The notes below the pieces were generated by a model. It was not told the origin of the DNA. It was given only the letters and a program-made list of their open reading frames with translations, and ran no database searches. This document shows positions 57,014 to 64,000 of a DNA stretch of 64,000 nt, in pieces. This DNA is from an uncultured Aliarcobacter sp. Lineage in GTDB: Bacteria; Campylobacterota; Campylobacteria; Campylobacterales; Arcobacteraceae. Every line of letters begins with the position of its first letter. Within the stretch, counting starts at the first letter, position 1. Position numbers and translations under genes: made by a program. The DNA is taken from positions 416,001 through 480,000 of the forward strand of contig CAXXLV010000002.1 of assembly GCA_963664305.2 (NCBI GenBank). The letters are read 5' to 3'.

Positions 57014-57922
57014 TTATAAGTTTAGATTTCCTAAAAATTCTGAACTTAAAAGAGAGGCTTCTAGATTATTATGACTAAAATAATCACCACAAACACCCAA
57101 TTTTAATTCTTTATCAAAAAAATATGGCATATCTAAAGAGTTTTTAGCAAATGCATATTTCCAAAGATGTGGAATTTGTTTGAAATTTTCTAATCCTTTT
57201 AAAGTTTCTTTTTCAAAAGTTTTTAAAAATATTTGATGAATTTCTTCTTTAGTTAGTTCATTTAGGTTATTCGCAAACTCTTTTGTTGAATGTATAACAT
57301 AAGAACTAAAATCTTTATAGGCATATTTTTTTGAATTATTTATAATATCTTTTACATTTTTATTTTCATAAATTTTGTTTTCATCTAATTTTATATTTTC
57401 ATCTGAATATAAAATCAAAGAAAAAGTTGAATCATATTTTATATCTAATAACTTATTTTTAAAATCATCTGGAAGTTGAATATCCATTTGTAAAATTTGT
57501 GGAGCGGGAATTGTAACAAATAGTAAATCAAAATCATCAAAAATCTTATGATTTGAGTCTTCTAAAAGCCATTTTTCATTTTTTTTAATAATTTTTTCTA
57601 TTCGAGTATTTGTTATTAAACTATTTTCATCTATTAAGAATTTACAAATATTATTTATTCCATTTTTAGGTATGAATTCATCATATTTACTTTTTACAAC
57701 TCCATTTTTTGCTAAATCTAAACAAAAAAACTTTAAGTCATTAGTTATTGGAATTATTGATGAAGTTCCATAATCAATAAATTTATCATCAATATATTTT
57801 GTGCTTATTCTTCCTCCAACACCTCTTGATTTTTCAAAAATAGTTATATCTTGATATTTTTCTTTTAAATTATTATATAAATTACAGCCAGAAAATCCTG
57901 CACCAATGATTGCTATTTTCAT
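57014..57922 (-). CDS. Renalase-like FAD/NAD(P)-dependent oxidoreductase
   Basis: IIGAGFSG, FEKSRGVGGRIST, IPAPQ, HLWKYA and CGDYF motifs; ATG at 57922 after AAAGGA. Confidence 0.88.
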   Translation of the reverse strand: MKIAIIGAGFSGCNLYNNLKEKYQDITIFEKSRGVGGRISTKYIDDKFIDYGTSSIIPITNDLKFFCLDLAKNGVVKSKYDEFIPKNGINNICKFLIDENSLITNTRIEKIIKKNEKWLLEDSNHKIFDDFDLLFVTIPAPQILQMDIQLPDDFKNKLLDIKYDSTFSLILYSDENIKLDENKIYENKNVKDIINNSKKYAYKDFSSYVIHSTKEFANNLNELTKEEIHQIFLKTFEKETLKGLENFKQIPHLWKYAFAKNSLDMPYFFDKELKLGVCGDYFSHNNLEASLLSSEFLGNLNL

Positions 57923-58037
57923 CAAAAAATCCTTTTTATATTTTTATGGGCAATGATAAAATAATTAGTTTTATAAAATACTTTAATATCACGATATACA
58001 TTATTAATAGACAAGAGGGTATAATGAATAAAAATTA

Positions 58038-61000
58038 TTGAATAATAAAAGGTATATTTTGAGATTAAAAAGTGTATTGTTTTTTTTATTAACATTTATT
58101 TTTTCATTAAATTCATACGCGATAAATCAAGAACAAAAAATCAAACTTCAACTTCAATGGAAACATCAATTTGAATTTGCTGGATTTTATATGGCAAAGG
58201 AAAAAGGATTTTATAAAGATTTAGGTATTGATGTTGAATTTATTGAATTTGATGGAAAATCAAATATTATGGATGAAGTTTTAAATGAAAACGTACAAAT
58301 AGGGGTTTGGGGTTCTGATATTATAAATGAGTGGTTAAATGGTAAAGATATTGTATTTTTAGCCAACTATTTTAAACGTTCACCTTTAGCACTAATTACA
58401 AGACCAGAGATTAGAACACCTGAAGATTTAATTGGAAAAAGAGTAATGATTCCTTTTTCTGATGCTTCAAGTGCAAGTTTTCAGCAAATGTTTAAGGTAT
58501 TTAATATTTCTAAAGATGATTTGATTTTAGTTGAACCAAATTTTGATATACCAAATTTTGATAAAGATAAAATCGATGCTTCATCAACGTTTCTACCAAA
58601 TGAGCCTTATCATTTTATAAAAAATGGTTTACCTTATAATATTTTAGACCCCAATAATTATGGAGTAGAATTTTATGAAGTAAATCTTTTTACATCTAAA
58701 AAGTTTGCAATAGAAAATCCAATTTTAGTTAAAAAATTTGTTGAGGCAACAAATAAAGGTTGGGATTATGCTTTAAATAATATAAATGAAAGTGTTAATC
58801 TAATTTTAGAAAAATATAATACTCAAAATAAAACAAAAGATGCATTATTATTTGAAGCAAATGAGAGTAAAAAGTTTATTTTACAAAAAAATTACTCTTT
58901 AGGAAGTATAGATATTGAAAAAGTTAGAAAAATTGCTGAGTTATATATTGAATTAGGTTTTGCACCTAAAAAAGATAATTTAGAAGATTTATTATTTATA
59001 AGAAATCCTACAACAATTTCTTTAACAAAAGAAGAAGAAAACTTTTTAAAAGAACATCCTACAATTAAAGTTGCAAGTGATAAGTTTTATCCACCTTTAG
59101 ATTATATAAAAAACAACAAACCATCAGGTTATAGTATAGAGTTAATTGATATTTTATTAAAGTCTTTGGGATTTAATGTTGAATTTGAAATAGATGGTAA
59201 TTGGAATAATCAAATTGAAAGTTTTAAAAAAGGTGAAATAGATATATTAACATCTATTTTCGAATCAGATTTTTATAAAGATAATTCAATATTAACTAAC
59301 TCATATTTAAAAGCACAAGATGTTATTGTTGTTAGAAATGGAGATGATTCTATACAAAATGCTTTTGATTTAAAAGACAAAGTTGTTGCTCTTCCAAAAG
59401 GTTATACATACTTAGAATTATTAAAAAATAAAGGCATTAATTTTACTCATTTAGAAGTTGAAAATATGCAAGAAGCTTTAGAAGCTGTTTCTGATTGTAA
59501 AGCAGATGCAACAATAGAATCAGATGCAGTTATGGAATATCTTATGGATAAAGATTCATATGTAAATTTAAAAAAGGTTTATAAGATATTTGATAATAGA
59601 GTAGGGGTATATCATGATTTCTTTTTTGCAGTTAATAAAGAGTACCCAGTTTTAGCACAAATGATTAATAAAGCTTTAGAAAACTTATCTGTTATTCAAA
59701 AAAGAGATTTAAAAGCAAAATGGTTTGATAAAAAAGAGTCACAAAATATAAAGACGATTTTATTAAATGAAGAAGAAAAAAGATTTATAAAAGAAAATCC
59801 AATAATAAAAGTTAGCAGTGAGACAAATTTTCCTCCTTTTGATTTTACAATTGGAAATCAACCTTATGGATTTAGTATTGATATTTTAAATATTTTATCA
59901 AAAAAAATAGGTGTTAAATTTGAATATCAAACAAGTGATAGTTGGTCACAACTTTATAATGATTTCAAAGATAAAAAAATAGATTTATTACATACTTTGA
60001 CAAAAACTCCACAAAGAGAAAATGATGGTATTTTCTCTGACCCATATATCTGGTATGAAACTCATTTTATAACAAGAAAAGATAACCCTGAAATAAATAA
60101 TATTGAAGAGTTAAATGGAAAAATATTAGTTGTTGGAAAATCTTGGTCAAGTGAAGAGTTTATTTCAAAAAATTATCCAAAAATAAAACTTTTAGTTGTA
60201 GATAATTTTGAAGAGATGCTAGAAGCAGTTTCAAAAGGTGAAGCTTATGCAATGATTGGCGAAAATCTAATGACTAGATATTTTATAAAGAAAAAAGGTT
60301 TTACAAATATAAAAATTTCTTCTGCTTTTACTGATTTTAATTCTACAGAAAGAACTTCATATAGATTTTTAACTTCAAAAGATAAACCTATTTTAAATCA
60401 ACTTTTAAATAAAGGATTAAATAGTTTAACTTTAAAAGAGTTAGATGAATTAGAAGAAAAATGGTTTGGAAAATTTGATATTGCCGATAAAATTGATGAG
60501 TTAAATATCAAACTTGATGATGATGAGTTATCATATTTATCAAAAAAGAAATTGATTAGAATGTGTGTTGACCCAAATTGGATGCCTCTTGAACGAGTAA
60601 ATGAAAATGGTTTCCATGAGGGAATGTCAGCTGATTTGATTAAAAAAATGGCACAAAAATTAAATATAAATATTGAATTGGTAAAAACATCTTCATGGGA
60701 ACAAAGTTTAGAGTTTGCTAAAAATAGAGAGTGTGATATTTTATCTTTAGCTATGAAAACAGAAGAAAGAGCTAAATATCTTGATTTTACAACACCTTAT
60801 TTATCTTTTCCATTTGTAATTGCAACATTAGACAATGCGTTATTTATTGAAAATATTGACCAAATTTTAGATAAACAAATTGCTTTAGTAAAAGGTTATG
60901 CTTTTAGTGAAATATTAAAGAAAAGATATCCAAACAAAGAGTTTATTGAAGTATCAAATGTTAAAGAAGGTTTGGATTTATTATCTCATAAAAAGATTTT

Positions 61001-61877
61001 TGCATTTGTTGATACCTTAGTTTCAATTGGGTATGAAATACAAGAGAATAATTTTTATAATATAAAAATTGCAGGAAAACTTGATGAAAAATGGGATTTA
61101 TCAATTGCAACTAGAAATGATGAAGCAATCTTAAATAGAATTTTCCAAAAAGGTGTAAATTCAATTTTAGAAAATGATAAACAAAATGCCTATAATAAAT
61201 GGTTCTCAATTAAGTTTGAACAATCAGTTGATTATATGATTTTATGGAAAATAGCAATTCCTATTTTAATTTTAATTTTTATAACAGTTTATTGGAATAG
61301 AAAACTTTATAATGAAAAAGAAAAAACAAAAAAAGCTTTAAACTCTTTAAAAAATCTCCAAGATATTTTAGAAATAAAAAATCTTCAATTGGAAAAAATG
61401 TCTAATACGGATAAATTAACGAATCTTTATAATAGACATAAATTAGACGATTCTTTAAAATATGAGTTATCAAGATTTCATCGAACAAATATTGGTTTTG
61501 GATTGATTATTTTAGATATAGATTTTTTTAAAAATGTAAATGATACTTTTGGACATAATATTGGAGATAAAGTTTTAATAGAGATTTGTTCAGTTCTTAA
61601 TAAAAATGTTAGAAGTAGTGATATTTTAGGAAGATGGGGTGGTGAAGAGTTTTTAATCATTGTTCCAAATATTTCAAAAGAAGAACTTCAATCATTTGCA
61701 GAAAAATTAAGAAAAGAGGTTGAAGAACATAAATTTTCTACAATAGGAAAGAAAACTTGTAGTTTTGGTTTAACTATAAGTAAAGAGTTAGATAATGAAA
61801 ATTCTATTGTAAGTAGAGCTGATAAAGCTTTATATATAGCAAAAAATCAAGGAAGAAATAGAGTAGAATTTTTATAA
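58038..61877 (+). CDS. Diguanylate cyclase: NMT1/THI5-like PBP, three PBPb, TM and GGDEF domains
   Basis: LQLQWKHQFEFAGFY; three PBPb repeats (FYPPLD, NFPPFD, NWMPLE); DKLTNLYNR, DIDFFK.VND.FGH and RWGGEEF. Start codon uncertain. Confidence 0.92.
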   Translation: MNNKRYILRLKSVLFFLLTFIFSLNSYAINQEQKIKLQLQWKHQFEFAGFYMAKEKGFYKDLGIDVEFIEFDGKSNIMDEVLNENVQIGVWGSDIINEWLNGKDIVFLANYFKRSPLALITRPEIRTPEDLIGKRVMIPFSDASSASFQQMFKVFNISKDDLILVEPNFDIPNFDKDKIDASSTFLPNEPYHFIKNGLPYNILDPNNYGVEFYEVNLFTSKKFAIENPILVKKFVEATNKGWDYALNNINESVNLILEKYNTQNKTKDALLFEANESKKFILQKNYSLGSIDIEKVRKIAELYIELGFAPKKDNLEDLLFIRNPTTISLTKEEENFLKEHPTIKVASDKFYPPLDYIKNNKPSGYSIELIDILLKSLGFNVEFEIDGNWNNQIESFKKGEIDILTSIFESDFYKDNSILTNSYLKAQDVIVVRNGDDSIQNAFDLKDKVVALPKGYTYLELLKNKGINFTHLEVENMQEALEAVSDCKADATIESDAVMEYLMDKDSYVNLKKVYKIFDNRVGVYHDFFFAVNKEYPVLAQMINKALENLSVIQKRDLKAKWFDKKESQNIKTILLNEEEKRFIKENPIIKVSSETNFPPFDFTIGNQPYGFSIDILNILSKKIGVKFEYQTSDSWSQLYNDFKDKKIDLLHTLTKTPQRENDGIFSDPYIWYETHFITRKDNPEINNIEELNGKILVVGKSWSSEEFISKNYPKIKLLVVDNFEEMLEAVSKGEAYAMIGENLMTRYFIKKKGFTNIKISSAFTDFNSTERTSYRFLTSKDKPILNQLLNKGLNSLTLKELDELEEKWFGKFDIADKIDELNIKLDDDELSYLSKKKLIRMCVDPNWMPLERVNENGFHEGMSADLIKKMAQKLNINIELVKTSSWEQSLEFAKNRECDILSLAMKTEERAKYLDFTTPYLSFPFVIATLDNALFIENIDQILDKQIALVKGYAFSEILKKRYPNKEFIEVSNVKEGLDLLSHKKIFAFVDTLVSIGYEIQENNFYNIKIAGKLDEKWDLSIATRNDEAILNRIFQKGVNSILENDKQNAYNKWFSIKFEQSVDYMILWKIAIPILILIFITVYWNRKLYNEKEKTKKALNSLKNLQDILEIKNLQLEKMSNTDKLTNLYNRHKLDDSLKYELSRFHRTNIGFGLIILDIDFFKNVNDTFGHNIGDKVLIEICSVLNKNVRSSDILGRWGGEEFLIIVPNISKEELQSFAEKLRKEVEEHKFSTIGKKTCSFGLTISKELDNENSIVSRADKALYIAKNQGRNRVEFL

Positions 61878-61888
61878 ATTCTACTCTA
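61859..61888. terminator. Bidirectional terminator overlapping the cyclase stop
   Basis: TAGAGTAGAATTT-TTAT-AAATTCTACTCTA. Confidence 0.7.
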
Positions 61889-61899
61889 AAAATATTAAA

Positions 61900-62898
61900 T
61901 CATTTTTTTGTAAAGTTATTTTCTCTTTGAGAATATCTAGGTCCAATATTCGGATATTTTTTTAATAATCTATCAATTATTTCAAAATCTTCTTTTTCAA
62001 GAATTACATCTATAGCACCAATATTTTCTTCAAGATATTTTCTTCTTTTTGTTCCTGGAATTGGAATTATATTATCACTTTGACATATAACCCAAGCGAT
62101 GGCTAATTGAGCTGGTGTACAGTTCTTTTCTTTTGCAAAAGTTGCAAATTCATTAGATAGATTTTTATTATTTTCAAAATATTCACCATTATATCTTGGA
62201 AGATTTTTTCTAAAATCATTTGAATTTAATTTATCCAAATCCAAAGTATTTGACATCAATCCTCTACTTAATGGGGCAAAAGGAACTAAAGTTATATTTA
62301 ACTCTTTAGTTAAAGGTAATAAATCATTTTTTAAATCTTGTGTTAAAAGAGAAAATTCACTTTGTAGTGCAGAAATAGGGTGAATTGAATGAGCTTTTTT
62401 TAATTCATCTGCAGTACATTCACTAAGTCCAAGATATTTTATTTTACCTTCTTTTACTAAATCACTCATTGCTCCAATAGTCTCTTCAAGAGCTACACTT
62501 TTATCAATTCTATGAGCATAATATAAATCAATTACATCAGTATTTAATCTTTTTAAACTTTTTTCTACAGCTTCTTTTATATATTTACTAGAACCGTCAA
62601 TATAAACTTCACCACTAAAAGAATCTTTTGTTTCATCTTTCATCCTAAAACCAAATTTAGTGGCAATAAAAACTTTTTCTCTATTGTTTTTTAGAACTTT
62701 TGATATTAATTCTTCATTTTTTCCATTTGCATAAATATCAGCTGTATCCCAAAAATTTATTCCAAGTTCCAATGAACGTTCAAGTGTTGCAAGGCTTTCT
62801 TTATCATCTCTTTCACCATAAGCTGCACTCATTCCCATACATCCTAAACCAATAGTAGAAAGTTCAATATTTGTATTTGCAAATTTTCTGTATTTCAT
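61900..62898 (-). CDS. Aldo/keto reductase (AKR13-like)
   Basis: IGLGCMGMS, DTADIY, ATKFG, DLYYAHR, GLSE, Q.EFSL and PIPGTK motifs. Confidence 0.93.
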   Translation of the reverse strand: MKYRKFANTNIELSTIGLGCMGMSAAYGERDDKESLATLERSLELGINFWDTADIYANGKNEELISKVLKNNREKVFIATKFGFRMKDETKDSFSGEVYIDGSSKYIKEAVEKSLKRLNTDVIDLYYAHRIDKSVALEETIGAMSDLVKEGKIKYLGLSECTADELKKAHSIHPISALQSEFSLLTQDLKNDLLPLTKELNITLVPFAPLSRGLMSNTLDLDKLNSNDFRKNLPRYNGEYFENNKNLSNEFATFAKEKNCTPAQLAIAWVICQSDNIIPIPGTKRRKYLEENIGAIDVILEKEDFEIIDRLLKKYPNIGPRYSQRENNFTKK

Positions 62899-62910
62899 TT
62901 TTTACCTTTT

Positions 62911-63489
62911 TTATTTCAAGAAAGAGTTAACTTCTTCAATTGTATCTATGTCTATTGCTAAATCTTTATCAAGTTTTATATTAATACATTTTTCTTTTTT
63001 TAAGATTTCTCTAGCACCCAAATCAGCATTTAAACTTATCAATTTATCATAATGTTTTTTAGGAAAAATTGCTGGAACTTTTGAATTATTTGTTTCACCA
63101 TATATTGAAGCAATAATAGTTTCTTCTTGAATATTTTTTATTAAAGTTTTATAATGAGAAATAGGTATAAAAGGTTGATCACATAACATAACTAGCGTAT
63201 TATCAAATATTTTTGTCTGATTTATACCGCAAGAAAGAGATGTTCCCATTCCTTCTTTATAATTTTTGTTATATATGATTGTTATATCAAAATCTTTTAT
63301 TTCATTTTCACATTTTTCTTTTTCATGTCCTAAAACTACAAAAATATTTGAAGAGATTTCTAAAGCTTTTTTTACTGTAATTTTTAAAAGAGATTCATTT
63401 TTATATTTTAATAACTGTTTTGGCTCACCCAATCTACTTGATGTCCCAGCAGCTAATATAAGAATTGCAAGATTATTTAGCTTGTTCAT
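62911..63489 (-). CDS. MocA-like nucleotidyltransferase (molybdenum cofactor cytidylyltransferase family)
   Basis: LILAAG.SSRLG.PKQLL, GMGTSL..G, LCDQP, PAIF, D.GAR and DIDT motifs. Start set to ATG 63489, immediately after the xdhC stop. Confidence 0.85.
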   Translation of the reverse strand: MNKLNNLAILILAAGTSSRLGEPKQLLKYKNESLLKITVKKALEISSNIFVVLGHEKEKCENEIKDFDITIIYNKNYKEGMGTSLSCGINQTKIFDNTLVMLCDQPFIPISHYKTLIKNIQEETIIASIYGETNNSKVPAIFPKKHYDKLISLNADLGAREILKKEKCINIKLDKDLAIDIDTIEEVNSFLK

Positions 63490-63490
63490 C

Positions 63491-64000
63491 TTAGATTTTT
63501 CCATTTTTTCTAGCTTCAATTTGTGCACAAATTGATAATGCAATAGCTTGATGAGTATTTCCACCAATATCTAAACCAATTGGAGCAAAAAATCTATTAT
63601 CATTTTCTAAATGAAACTCTTTTTTAATTCTTTGCATATTTTTTTTATTTCCCATCATTCCAATATAATTCATATTTGAATTGACTAAAGCTTTCAAATA
63701 AATATCATCAGTTTTTGGACTATGACTTAAAATTACACTTGCATTAAAAGAGTTTAAATCCATAGATAAAATATCTTCAAGATTTTTTAACACTATTAAA
63801 TTATCAGCATCTTTTACAAACTCTTCTTTAATTTTTATATCAATTACTGTTGTTTCCCAACCCATCAAAGTAGCCATTTGAATTAAAGAAGTTACATGAG
63901 CTCCTGAGCCAAAAATTAAAAGTGAAAAAGGTTTTTTTATTAATTTTTCTAAATCTTTATAATTTCCTTCATAAAAAAAAGGTTCTATTTTATATTTTGA
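63491..64000 (-). CDS. xdhC: XdhC/CoxI family molybdoenzyme maturation factor, 5' end outside the window
   Basis: Frame open to the window edge: LLIFGSGAHV, GW...VID, LSH...D, YIGMMG and APIGLDIGG.T...IALSI.AQI. Confidence 0.88.
   Translation of the reverse strand, partial: SKYKIEPFFYEGNYKDLEKLIKKPFSLLIFGSGAHVTSLIQMATLMGWETTVIDIKIKEEFVKDADNLIVLKNLEDILSMDLNSFNASVILSHSPKTDDIYLKALVNSNMNYIGMMGNKKNMQRIKKEFHLENDNRFFAPIGLDIGGNTHQAIALSICAQIEARKNGKI

Noticed and set aside
1613..63535. Other short track ORFs nested in or antisense to longer genes (e.g. 1613, 4747, 8600, 10270, 17225, 17568, 23780, 25274, 32800, 33897, 34576, 35618, 36053, 37217, 39948, 44327, 46388, 53784, 56244, 61478, 63266)
   Set aside because: Each overlaps a well-supported CDS and shows no recognisable motif.
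63490..63567. N-terminal extension of the mocA-like ORF given in the track
   Set aside because: It overlaps the xdhC 3' end. ATG 63489 directly after the xdhC stop gives a normal family N-terminus.
1..64000. CRISPR arrays, tRNA/rRNA genes, IS elements, prophage genes and phase-variable poly-G tracts
   Set aside because: I saw no regularly spaced repeats, cloverleaf or rRNA-like segments, transposase/integrase/phage ORFs or long G/C runs. Intergenic palindromes are explained as terminators or operators.

Overview
A very AT-rich bacterial chromosomal segment, most likely from Arcobacteraceae (Campylobacterota). This is inferred from the aroB-mscS-mtaB-ftsH-like-bioV-mog gene order, mutS2, dapE, AAGGA-type ribosome-binding sites and TATAAT/TGn promoters. 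The first ~18 kb is mostly core genes: DEAD-box helicase, the aroB operon, mutS2, a DUF748 protein and dapE. The rest is accessory-type: c-di-GMP enzymes paired with solute-binding proteins or a secreted rhodanese, redox and electrophile detoxification genes, transporters, two-component and chemotaxis-like genes, and the end of an xdhC-mocA locus. I found no rRNA, tRNA, CRISPR array, transposase or integrase. The best candidate for an undescribed system is a minus-strand three-gene operon at 39653-42882. It encodes a TusA-like/diiron ferritin-like fusion, an acyl-CoA-dehydrogenase-fold protein lacking the catalytic Glu, and a cytoplasmic PBP-fold protein with no signal peptide, behind a structured, switch-like 5' leader. 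Other notable items are an apparent ATT start codon on the helicase, a Clostridium-type adh interrupted by one in-frame TGA, a CheA-like pseudokinase, two deletion-scar gene remnants, an unannotated 55-aa lipoprotein and three probable leaderless transcripts. All product calls come from reading motifs by eye; no database search was run.
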